Assembly (NCBI GenBank): GCA_012729375.1
Contig: JAAYDE010000073.1
Span: 18,763-82,762 of the forward strand
Source of the DNA: Deltaproteobacteria bacterium
GTDB taxonomy: Bacteria; Desulfobacterota; Desulfuromonadia; Desulfuromonadales; JAAYDE01
DNA: 64,000 nt
Reading direction: 5' to 3'
The translations under genes and the position numbers were made by a program. The first letter of the stretch is position 1. Every line of letters begins with the position of its first letter. This document shows, in pieces, positions 7,398 to 15,986 of this stretch. The notes beneath the pieces were generated by a model. The model saw nothing but the letters and a program-made list of their open reading frames with translations, made no database searches and was not told the origin of the DNA.

Positions 7398-8720
7398 ATG
7401 GACTGGAAAAAGGAATGGAAACCGCTGGCCTTGATTTTGGCGGTCTTCGCCGCCTGTTACTACTTGCCGGTGGAGTGGTTGCAGGCCACCCGGCGCATCG
7501 AGAACGCCCTGTGGGAATCGCTTTATCTGGTCAAATGGTACGCCCGCGAACACGTGCTCCTCTGCCTGGTGCCGGCTTTTTTCATCGCCGGCGCCGTCGG
7601 GGTCTTCGTCAGTCAGGCGGCGGTCATGAAGTATCTCGGCCCCCGCGCCAACAAGGTGCTGGCCTACGGAGTCGCTTCCGTTTCCGGCACCGTGCTGGCG
7701 GTCTGTTCCTGCACCATTCTGCCGCTGTTTGCCGGCATCTACCGGATGGGGGCGGGGCTGGGACCGGCCAGCGCCTTTCTCTACTCGGGGCCGGCCATCA
7801 ACATCCTCGCCATCGTGCTGACGGCCTCCGTCCTCGGTCCCGAAATGGGCATCGCCCGGGCCGTCGGCGCCGTGGTTTTCGCCGTGGTCATCGGTTTGTG
7901 CATGCATTTCATCTTCCGCAAGGAGGAAGAGGCCAAATTCGAGGCGGCGGCCGGTTTTCCCGAACCGGAAGTTCAGCGCCCTCTGTGGCAGACAGCCCTC
8001 TATTTCGCTGCCATGGTCGGCATCCTGGTTTTCGCCAACTGGGGGCGCCCGGAGGAAACCAGCGGTTTGTGGCACCTCATCTACTCCTCGAAATGGTGGA
8101 TTTCTTCCCTGTTCGCCCTGGCTTTGGCCGTTATTCTGGTCCTCTGGTTCAAGGTCGGCAGGGGTCCGATGCTGCTGGCGGCTTTGCCGGTCATGGTCCT
8201 GGCCCTGGTTTTTCCTCAATATCCGGCGCTGGCCTTTGTCGCCGGGAGCATCGGCCTGTCGGTGCTGACCGCCACCGGCGGGGGTAAAAAGGATGGCGAA
8301 CTTCAGGAATGGTTTGACGTCTCCTGGGATTTCGCCAAAAAGATCATGCCGCTGCTGTTCTGGGGTGTGCTGATCTCCGGCGCTTTGCTGGGCCGGCCCG
8401 AGAACGAGGGTCTGATCCCTTCCCAGTGGATTTCGGGTCTGGTGGGAGGCAACTCGTTGGGGGCCAATCTCTTTGCGTCGGTGGTGGGGGCCTTCATGTA
8501 TTTCGCCACCCTCACCGAGGTGCCGATTCTGCAGGGGCTGCTCGGCGCCGGCATGGGCAAGGGTCCGGCTTTGGCCCTGCTTTTGGCCGGTCCGGCCCTG
8601 TCGCTGCCCAACATGCTGGTCATCCGCAGTGTCATGGGGACCAAGAAAACAATCGTCTTTGTCGCCCTGGTCATTGTCATGGCGACCCTGAGCGGCCTGA
8701 TATTCGGCGCTTTTTACTGA
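7398..8720 (+). CDS. Permease, PF03773/ArsP-like, long form (440 aa)
   Basis: Polytopic protein. VLAVCSCTILPLFAGIYRMGAGLGPASAFLYSGPAINILAI is the conserved CxC-containing core of this family. Confidence 0.75.
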   Translation: MDWKKEWKPLALILAVFAACYYLPVEWLQATRRIENALWESLYLVKWYAREHVLLCLVPAFFIAGAVGVFVSQAAVMKYLGPRANKVLAYGVASVSGTVLAVCSCTILPLFAGIYRMGAGLGPASAFLYSGPAINILAIVLTASVLGPEMGIARAVGAVVFAVVIGLCMHFIFRKEEEAKFEAAAGFPEPEVQRPLWQTALYFAAMVGILVFANWGRPEETSGLWHLIYSSKWWISSLFALALAVILVLWFKVGRGPMLLAALPVMVLALVFPQYPALAFVAGSIGLSVLTATGGGKKDGELQEWFDVSWDFAKKIMPLLFWGVLISGALLGRPENEGLIPSQWISGLVGGNSLGANLFASVVGAFMYFATLTEVPILQGLLGAGMGKGPALALLLAGPALSLPNMLVIRSVMGTKKTIVFVALVIVMATLSGLIFGAFY

Positions 8721-9421
8721 CCTTGACTTTTCAGGAGACGGAACCAGCGTCGCGAAAATGTTAACAAAGCAGCTGAACATGCCGAAGCCTCGATTGACCG
8801 GGATTAAGGGGATGAAAGGGGTTCATGCCACAATCAAACAAAAGCTTTTACCGACGCAAAGAACGCGAAGAAAGACCAACAAAAAACGCCTTGAGGCTAA
8901 AAACACGGGCGCCTGTATGGATTGTGAATATATCCGTATCGAAAAACAAGGATTAAGCCGCTTCAATAAAAAACACTTTGCCGGCGAACGGCCCGCGCCT
9001 TGACCATTCCCCGGGAACCTTCTCGGCGCCAGCAAAGACACCGTTTTTGAGCAGCCGGCCAAAGAACACCGATTGGCCGCGGTCGGGCGGCGCCCGTTTT
9101 TCTCTTTTCCCGTTTCCCCCTCCGTGCCGTCCCGGCCTCGGCAACCGGTGACTTCCCCACCCTTTTTTAATCTTTTTTCCAGAGCAGACTTTCCTTTTCC
9201 GTCTCATCTCTATTCCCCGAAAATCATTTATTTCTCGAAAGTCCCACAGGCCAAACCAAAAAGATTTGATATGAAAAAGACTGCCTTCGAAAGAAATTAT
9301 ACCAATTTTGTCCTAAATTTATAAATATATAAACTTATTGAGTTAAATTTATTTTTTAAATTTTTTTCCAAAGCTTCCGAGAATATTTTTATCCCCCTTT
9401 GCACGGATCGCTTTTTTTCTG

Positions 9422-9450
9422 TTGACAGGCCATGCCAATGGAGTTATATG
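9422..9450 (+). promoter_or_regulatory. Possible sigma70-type promoter for the ATP-grasp/KamA operon
   Basis: TTGACA (9422..9427), 17 nt spacer, TATATG (weak -10). Preceded by a very AT-rich tract (9240..9420). Leaves a roughly 160-nt leader. Confidence 0.3.
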
Positions 9451-9615
9451 CGAGATAACAAGCCTTTGTTCAGGCCCGGATGCTCACGACTCAAGTGCAT
9501 AAAAGCAACCCCTTTTAATGCTATAGCCCAAAGCATCCAGGGCCCCAGGAGCAAGGTTTCCTCTCCCTTGGGAGAGTATCGCAAGTCGTTTTTCAGGCTC
9601 TAAAAGGGGTTCGTT

Positions 9616-10650
9616 ATGCACGTCGCACTCGCCTTCAACCTGCGGGAATCCGCAGGCGCGGCTTGCGTTCACGCGCAATCCGCCATCGACGACCGTTTCG
9701 CCGAATGGGATGACATTCACACCATCCAGGCGGTGCAGACGGCCCTCTCCAAGCGTTATCAGGTCACTCCCGTAAATGCCGATCTGGATGCTTTCCATTC
9801 CTTCCGCGAACTGAGGCCGGACCTTGTTTTCAACATGGCCGAGGGTTTTCACGGCGCCAGCCGCGAAGCCCAAATCCCGGCCATGCTCGATATGCTCGGC
9901 ATTCCCTACACCGGCAGCGATCCGGTCACCCTCGGTATCTGCCTGGACAAGCGCCGTACCAAAGAGATCCTGGCCTACCACCGCATCCCCACGGCCCGTT
10001 TCGTCACCGTCTCCTGTCTGCAGGAACTGCCGGAACATTTCCGCTATCCGCTGATCGTCAAGCCGATTCTGGAAGGCTCCAGCAAGGGAGTGACCGACCG
10101 CGCCCTGGTTCGCAACCGCACCGAGCTCAAAGATCAGGTTTCCTGGGCCCTTGACGCCTACCGTCAACCGATACTGGTCGAGGAATACCTGGCCGGGCGG
10201 GAATTCACCGCGGCGCTGCTCGGCAACGGCGCCGACCTGCGGGTTCTGCCCATCGTGGAGATCGATTTCGCCTCCCTTCCCCAAGGCGCCAATCCGATCT
10301 ATTCCTATGAAGCCAAGTGGATCTGGGATACCGAGGAGGCGCCCCTGCCGATCTTCGTCTGTCCGGCCCAGGTGGAAGCAGACCTCGCCCGCAACATCGA
10401 GGAGGTCTGCCGCAGGGCCTTCACCGTCCTCGGCTGCCGCGACTGGTGTCGCATCGACGTGCGCCTCGATGGTGAAGGCACCCCCAACGTCATCGAACTG
10501 AACCCGCTCCCCGGCATTCTTCCGCGCCCGGAGCAAAACAGCTGTTTCCCCAAGGCGGCCCGCGCCGCGGGCCTCACTTACGACGACCTGGTCCTGACGG
10601 TGGCCGATGTCGCCTGCCGGCGCCTGGGACTTGAGAACAGGGGGCGCTGA
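9616..10650 (+). CDS. ATP-grasp ligase, D-alanine--D-alanine ligase-like (copy 1)
   Basis: 344 aa with PLIVKPILEGSSKGV, VEEYLAGREFT and VIELNPLPG, the ATP-grasp motifs. Confidence 0.8.
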   Translation: MHVALAFNLRESAGAACVHAQSAIDDRFAEWDDIHTIQAVQTALSKRYQVTPVNADLDAFHSFRELRPDLVFNMAEGFHGASREAQIPAMLDMLGIPYTGSDPVTLGICLDKRRTKEILAYHRIPTARFVTVSCLQELPEHFRYPLIVKPILEGSSKGVTDRALVRNRTELKDQVSWALDAYRQPILVEEYLAGREFTAALLGNGADLRVLPIVEIDFASLPQGANPIYSYEAKWIWDTEEAPLPIFVCPAQVEADLARNIEEVCRRAFTVLGCRDWCRIDVRLDGEGTPNVIELNPLPGILPRPEQNSCFPKAARAAGLTYDDLVLTVADVACRRLGLENRGR

Positions 10651-11663
10651 TGAACATCGCTGTCTGCTATAATCGCGTCCCTCCCAAACTGATCCGGGGA
10701 GAGGCCACCGACCGCATTTCCGAGGAAGGAGCGGAGGCTCAGGCCCAGGCCGTCGGCACCGCTCTCGAAAAACTGGGGCACCGGGTGTGCTTGGTGCCGC
10801 TGGGGGCCTCTCTTGCCGCCTTTGTCAACGATCTTCAGGAAGCCGCGGTTGATCTGGTCTTCAACCTGTGTGAGGGTTTCTGGGGAGAAAGCCGCATGGA
10901 AATGAATGTGGCCGCCCTTCTGGAGATGCTGGGCACACCCTGCACCGGATCCTCGCCCCTGTGCCTCGGTGTCACCCAGAACAAAACCCTGACCAAAGCG
11001 TTGCTGATCCAACATGGGCTGCCCACTCCGAAATCGATTACGGTGCGCGGCGAACACCTTTTCGCCCGCGCCAAAAACCTCTCCTGGCCGCTGATCGTCA
11101 AACCGGCCACGGAGGACGCCAGCCTCGGCATCGGCCCGGAAAGCGTGGTGACGGATGAAAAATCCCTGCACGAGCGGGTCCGCCATATCCACAACCGCTA
11201 CCAGCAGGCGGTACTGGTGGAGGAGTACATCGACGGCCGGGAGTTCAACGTCTCCCTGCTGGGAGGCGAGAAGCCGCGGGTCCTCCCCCTGGCGGAGATC
11301 CGTTTCGACTCCTCCCTCCCCTGGAAACTGGTCACCTATGCCGGCAAATGGCAGGAGGATTCCCCCGACTACACCGGAACCCAGGTGGCCTGCCCGGCTC
11401 AGGTTTCCGTCCGTGAGGATTTCCTGGTGCGGGACGTGGCCCTGCGCGCCTATAAGCTGCTCGGCTGCCGGGATTACGCCAGGGTCGATATCCGTCTGCG
11501 GGACGGCGTCCCTTACATTCTGGAAGTCAACGCCAACCCCGATATTTCACCCGATGCCGGACTGGCCCGGAGCGCCCGGGCCGGCGGCCTCGACTATCCG
11601 CAACTGATCGAACGCATCATTCGTATGGCCCTTAAACGCAAGGAGAATTGCCATGCTGCGTAA
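10650..11663 (+). CDS. ATP-grasp ligase, D-alanine--D-alanine ligase-like (copy 2)
   Basis: 337 aa paralog with PLIVKPATEDASLGI, VEEYIDGREFNV and ILEVNANPD. Its start overlaps the previous stop (TGATG). Confidence 0.8.
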   Translation: MNIAVCYNRVPPKLIRGEATDRISEEGAEAQAQAVGTALEKLGHRVCLVPLGASLAAFVNDLQEAAVDLVFNLCEGFWGESRMEMNVAALLEMLGTPCTGSSPLCLGVTQNKTLTKALLIQHGLPTPKSITVRGEHLFARAKNLSWPLIVKPATEDASLGIGPESVVTDEKSLHERVRHIHNRYQQAVLVEEYIDGREFNVSLLGGEKPRVLPLAEIRFDSSLPWKLVTYAGKWQEDSPDYTGTQVACPAQVSVREDFLVRDVALRAYKLLGCRDYARVDIRLRDGVPYILEVNANPDISPDAGLARSARAGGLDYPQLIERIIRMALKRKENCHAA

Positions 11664-12135
11664 CCTGGAACCGCAAGACTTCGACCCTCTCTCGTCCATC
11701 CTCCGGCGCACGGGAGCTTTTACCGAGCCAGAGGTGGAATGTGCGCTGGAGCTTCTCGATACCGTACTCAACCGGCCCGAGCAACGGGACTATCTGGTGA
11801 CCGTTGCCGTGGAGGACAATCGAGTGGCCGGTTACATCCTGTACGGACCCATCCCCCTGACCGAATTCAGTTATGACATCTACTGGATCGCCATCGACCC
11901 CGATCTGCAGGGCCGCCATATCGGCCGCCGGCTGCTGCGTCATTCGGAGCAGGACATACTGGCCCGCGGCGGCAAGCTGATCTGCATCGAAACCAGCTCC
12001 CAGTCGGGGTACACCGGAACCCGTCAGTTCTATCTCCACAACGGTTACGAGGAAGAAAGCCGGATCCGCGATTTCTACCGTTCGGGCGATGACCGCATCA
12101 CCTACGTCAAGCGGCTTTCGGCGGAAGGGAGGTAG
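11653..12135 (+). CDS. GNAT family N-acetyltransferase
   Basis: 160 aa with IAIDPDLQGRHIGRRLL, the acetyl-CoA binding Q/RxxGxG/A motif. Overlaps the upstream gene by 11 nt. Confidence 0.8.
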   Translation: MLRNLEPQDFDPLSSILRRTGAFTEPEVECALELLDTVLNRPEQRDYLVTVAVEDNRVAGYILYGPIPLTEFSYDIYWIAIDPDLQGRHIGRRLLRHSEQDILARGGKLICIETSSQSGYTGTRQFYLHNGYEEESRIRDFYRSGDDRITYVKRLSAEGR

Positions 12136-12139
12136 GGTG

Positions 12140-13231
12140 ATGAATTCCTGGAAACAGATGCTGAAGGAAAGTATGGTCCGGCCGGCGGACCTGGTGAAAC
12201 GTTTCGGCGTCGACCCCCGTCCCCTGGAAAAGGTCGTGGCCCGCTACCCGATGCGCGTCACCCCCTACTACCTGGGTCTGATCCAGTCGGTGGACGATCC
12301 CATCTGGCGCCAGGCGGTACCCTCGGAAGAGGAATTGCAGGCCGGCGCCTGCGTGGCCGATCCGCTGGACGAGGAAAACCAGAGCCCGGTCCCCAACCTG
12401 GTGCACCGCTATCCCGACCGGGTACTCTTTCTCGTCAGCTCGGAATGCGCCATGTACTGCCGGTTCTGCACCCGCAAACGCAAGGTCGGCTGCGCGCAGA
12501 TGCGCATTACCCGCGACACATTGCGCCAGGGACTCGACTACATCCGCTGCCACCCGCAGGTGCGCGACGTCATCCTCTCCGGCGGCGACCCCCTGCTGTT
12601 GCCCGATGAAACCCTGGAATGGATCCTCAAGGAACTGCGCGCCATCCCCTCGGTGGAGATCATCCGCATCGGCAGCCGTGTGCCCGTGGTGCTTCCCCAG
12701 CGAATCACTCCCCACCTGACGCGGATGTTGAAGAAATATCATCCTCTCTACCTCAACACCCACTTCAACCATCCCCTGGAGATCACTCCTGAGGCGGCCG
12801 GCGCCTGTGGCCGCCTGGCCGATGTGGGCATCCCCCTGGGCAACCAGTCGGTGCTGCTGCGCGGGGTGAACGACGACGTGGCGACGATGAGGCGTCTGGT
12901 GCAGAAACTGCTGTCCATCCGCGTCAAGCCCTATTACCTCTACCAGGCCGACCTGGTCGAGGGAACCGACCACTTCCGCACCACGGTGGAGGAGGGGATT
13001 GCTATCATCGACGGCATCCGCGGTCATACTTCCGGCCTGGGGGTGCCCGCCTTCGTCATCGACGCCCCCGGCGGCGGCGGCAAAATCCCCTTGCTTCCCG
13101 ACTATCTCCAGCAGATGGGGGAAGAAGTGGTGCTGCGCAACTACCAGCACCGCCGCTTCAGCTACCCCAACGGCCGGTCGGCCCCCGAGGCAGAGCCCCT
13201 GGTTGGGAACATGGGTTCTTGGGCCCGCTGA
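12140..13231 (+). CDS. KamA family radical SAM aminomutase (lysine 2,3-aminomutase-like)
   Basis: SSECAMYCRFCTRKRKVG (CxxxCxxC), GGDPLLL, NQSVLLRGVNDD, PYYLYQADL and VIDAPGGGGKIP. RBS GGAAGGGAGG before the start. The track ORF start 12089 overlaps the GNAT gene and was rejected. Confidence 0.85.
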   Translation: MNSWKQMLKESMVRPADLVKRFGVDPRPLEKVVARYPMRVTPYYLGLIQSVDDPIWRQAVPSEEELQAGACVADPLDEENQSPVPNLVHRYPDRVLFLVSSECAMYCRFCTRKRKVGCAQMRITRDTLRQGLDYIRCHPQVRDVILSGGDPLLLPDETLEWILKELRAIPSVEIIRIGSRVPVVLPQRITPHLTRMLKKYHPLYLNTHFNHPLEITPEAAGACGRLADVGIPLGNQSVLLRGVNDDVATMRRLVQKLLSIRVKPYYLYQADLVEGTDHFRTTVEEGIAIIDGIRGHTSGLGVPAFVIDAPGGGGKIPLLPDYLQQMGEEVVLRNYQHRRFSYPNGRSAPEAEPLVGNMGSWAR

Positions 13232-13434
13232 ACAGCATTTGGCACAAAGGACAGCCGCTTCAGGATTGACGAGCTTTTTTGGAAATCGGTTCCCCTATGG
13301 AAACGTCCCTCAACCGATAAATTAAATATGCTCTTAGGGTGTTGACAGGCGTTGAAGCTTGTTTTAGAAAAATGGTTAAGAGCCTCGGGCAATGAAGAGA
13401 AGTTGCGGGGAAAAACCTTTTAAACGGGGGATTT

Positions 13435-13875
13435 ATGAAAAAATTTTTATTTTTGGTTTTTTTCGGTCTCTTGTTGACGCCGTTGACGGTTGTGGCGGAA
13501 GACACAATCCAGGATTATTCGATCAGGGAGGCGCTGGGTGAAGAAAAAATTAAAAATGTCCTCGGCGACGATGTGAAGTTTTATTTCGGCACTCAGCGGC
13601 ACGGCAAGGTGTTAAAAAAATTTGGCAATTTCCGAACCAGCAAAAAGGCCAACGCCTTCATGAAAAGCAAGGAATCGGCTTGCCAGTGGGCCTTTGCCTC
13701 GTCATTGAAAGCATTTAAAGACAGGGCGTTAAGGGAAGGCGGAAACGCCGTGATCAACATCCAGTCCAACTACAACAACGTGAGGACCGCCAGCTCCGAA
13801 ACCTACAAATGCGGGTCGGGGGCCGCGGTTGCCGGCGTCGCCCTGGTCGGCGATGTCGTTAGACTGGCAGAATAA
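13435..13875 (+). CDS. Secreted hypothetical protein (146 aa)
   Basis: Signal peptide MKKFLFLVFFGLLLTPLTVVA. Lower GC than its neighbours. No function assignable. Confidence 0.6.
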   Translation: MKKFLFLVFFGLLLTPLTVVAEDTIQDYSIREALGEEKIKNVLGDDVKFYFGTQRHGKVLKKFGNFRTSKKANAFMKSKESACQWAFASSLKAFKDRALREGGNAVINIQSNYNNVRTASSETYKCGSGAAVAGVALVGDVVRLAE

Positions 13876-13940
13876 AAAGCTGAGACAACCCCTTTGATTA
13901 ACAAGGTCCCGCCAATCGGGAACCGGTGACGGAACCGGCC

Positions 13941-13971
13941 AAGGCCTCCCCAAAACGGAGGCCTTTTGTTT
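13941..13971 (+). terminator. Rho-independent terminator
   Basis: AAGGCCTCC / GGAGGCCTT stem, 7-nt loop, then TTTTGTTT. Confidence 0.75.
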
Positions 13972-14074
13972 GCAAAGAAGCAAATTATCCATGGCGGAAT
14001 TTACAGGAGGTGAGAAGCTGGGTTAAAATAGCCGAGCCCATGCGGGCATCGAATGTAAACGCAAAGGAGAAGCG

Positions 14075-14704
14075 ATGTCTCTTGCAGTGAAACTTTGGCA
14101 TGAAAACCGCGATCTGGCTCTGGCCTCTCTCAACAACCCCTTTGTCCAAGGGCTTCGGGACGGCTCTCTGGATCGCCGGCGGTTTGCCTATTACGTCGGC
14201 CAGGACGCCTTCTTTCTGAGAGCCTTCGCCCGGGCCTACGTCATCGCCGGCGCCAAGGCTCCCGAATGGGAGGATTTCATCCGCCTCCATGAACTCGCCG
14301 CCGGGGTTTTCGGCGAATTGAAATTGCACGCCAAATACGCTGAAAGCTGGGGAGTGGACCTGGTCCATGTAAAAGCCGCCCCTGCCACGCGCCGCTACAC
14401 CGACTTCGTCATGGCCACCGCCTGGGGCTTCGACGCGGCGATGACCGTCACCGCCCTGACCCCGTGCATGCGCCTTTACGCCTGGCTGGGCCGGGAGTTG
14501 GCCAAAACCGAGCCCCCGGCCCATCTCTACAGTGACTGGATCCACACTTACAGCGGGGAGGAAATCGACGGGCTGGCCTGCCAGTTGGAAGGGCTCGTCG
14601 ACAAATACGCGGCGGACACCCCGCAGATCCGGACCATCTATCGTTACGCTATGGAATGCGAAAGGGATTTCTTCCAGGCGGCGTTCACCAGTATCCCCGG
14701 TTAA
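14075..14704 (+). CDS. tenA: TenA family thiaminase II / aminopyrimidine aminohydrolase
   Basis: NPFVQGLRDGSLDRRRFAYYVGQDAFFL and a TPCMRLYAW motif, typical of TenA/PqqC-like proteins. Confidence 0.75.
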   Translation: MSLAVKLWHENRDLALASLNNPFVQGLRDGSLDRRRFAYYVGQDAFFLRAFARAYVIAGAKAPEWEDFIRLHELAAGVFGELKLHAKYAESWGVDLVHVKAAPATRRYTDFVMATAWGFDAAMTVTALTPCMRLYAWLGRELAKTEPPAHLYSDWIHTYSGEEIDGLACQLEGLVDKYAADTPQIRTIYRYAMECERDFFQAAFTSIPG

Positions 14705-14726
14705 TCCTTTCCTCCCCGGAGACGCA

Positions 14727-15986
14727 ATGGACCACGATTTCGGATTCTTCCTGGAAGAAAAAGACCAAGACGAAAAGGCCGCCAATTTGCGCCGTGCCCA
14801 TCTTGCTCTGGTACAGGGCAACCACAGGGAAGCCCTGCATCTGGCGGAAGAGATCCTCGAGCACAGCCCCCTGGATGTCGATGCCCTCAATCTGGCTGCC
14901 GCGGCATCTTTCAATCTGGATGAGTTGTCGGTGGCCGCCGTCCTTTTCCGCAAGGTGCTTCTTTACGACCCCGACAATGCCGGCGCCCACCACAATTACG
15001 GCATCCTTCTGGAGCGCCAGGGAAAATTAAACGAGGCGGTCACCCATTTCCAGCGCTGTATTCAGCTCCAGCCCGACTTTCCCGAGTCTTACATCCATCT
15101 TGGCAACATCCTGGAAAACCTTCGTCAGGAAAAGGAAGCCGCCGATTTCTATCGCCAGGCTCTCCAGCGCCTGCCCGAAGGAGGGGAAAACTACTTTCAG
15201 CGCGGCTATCTCCTCAACCGCCTGGGGGAATTTGAACAGGCCCTGGAAAATTTCCAACGCTCGATCGCAGCCCACTGCCAGGAGGCGGCCAGCTATAACG
15301 GGCTCGGCTACGTTCTCTCGGCTCTATACCGGGATGCGGAGGCCCTGGTCAATTTCAACCGAGCTATTGCTCTTCATCCCGAGGATGCCAGCTTTCACTT
15401 CAACCGCGGCCTCTCCCTGTTACGCCTCAAGAATTACCGGGAAGGAATCGAAAGCTTTATCTGTGCCCTCGAACTGAGCGCCCCACTGTGGGGGGCGGTC
15501 ATGGAAAACGTTCGTCTGCTGATCGAAAAAGCCCCGCCAGATGCCGTCCAGGAACTTCTCGACCAGGCCGAAAAGGTCCGCTCGGGAAGTCCTGAAATCC
15601 CCTTTTTCCGGGCACTTTTGCTGCTGGAAGAAGGACATCCGGAGGAAGCCCTGAGTGGCCTGGAGGAGAGTTTGAAACGGAATCCGGGATCGATTCAGGT
15701 TCTCCACCTCAAGGGAACCGTGCTCCGCCAGCTGAAACGCTACGACGCCGCCCTCGACTGCTTCGACACCATCCTCGGTCGTGCCGGAGATATTCCTTTG
15801 GCCCATTACGGGCGGGCCGCAGTCCTCGCCCTTCAGGGCCGGACCGGTGACGCCATAGCAGCACTGACGGCCGCCTCCCAGAAAGATCGCCAGCTTCTCG
15901 ACCGGGCCTGGGAGGATTCGGCCTTCGACCCCATCCGCCAAGACCCGGCTTTCCTCCGCCTGATCCGTGCCCGCAATGTCTCCTGA
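14727..15986 (+). CDS. Tetratricopeptide repeat (TPR) protein
   Basis: Repeated 34-aa A/L/Y/N-patterned units (for example AHHNYGILLERQGKLNEAVTHFQRCIQLQPD). The track ORF start 14532 overlaps tenA, so the internal ATG 14727 was chosen. Confidence 0.75.
   Translation: MDHDFGFFLEEKDQDEKAANLRRAHLALVQGNHREALHLAEEILEHSPLDVDALNLAAAASFNLDELSVAAVLFRKVLLYDPDNAGAHHNYGILLERQGKLNEAVTHFQRCIQLQPDFPESYIHLGNILENLRQEKEAADFYRQALQRLPEGGENYFQRGYLLNRLGEFEQALENFQRSIAAHCQEAASYNGLGYVLSALYRDAEALVNFNRAIALHPEDASFHFNRGLSLLRLKNYREGIESFICALELSAPLWGAVMENVRLLIEKAPPDAVQELLDQAEKVRSGSPEIPFFRALLLLEEGHPEEALSGLEESLKRNPGSIQVLHLKGTVLRQLKRYDAALDCFDTILGRAGDIPLAHYGRAAVLALQGRTGDAIAALTAASQKDRQLLDRAWEDSAFDPIRQDPAFLRLIRARNVS

Noticed and set aside
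8758-9324. Track ORFs 8758..9003, 8823..9062, 8953..9207 and 9073..9324 as genes.
   Set aside because: They have no RBS at a sensible spacing, highly basic or Pro/Ser-rich low-complexity translations, mutual overlap, and no family resemblance. The region is treated as non-coding.
2411-9600. tRNA-Thr-anchored genomic island or mobile element.
   Set aside because: No integrase, transposase, or direct repeat of the tRNA 3' end was found by eye in the window. Only composition and gene mosaicism hint at acquisition, so no mobile_element feature is claimed.
9451-9615. Lysine (L-box) riboswitch in front of the KamA-containing operon.
   Set aside because: The conserved L-box core elements I can recall (for example the ACUGUCA segment and the 5' AGAGGNGC start) are absent. 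Only generic hairpins are present.
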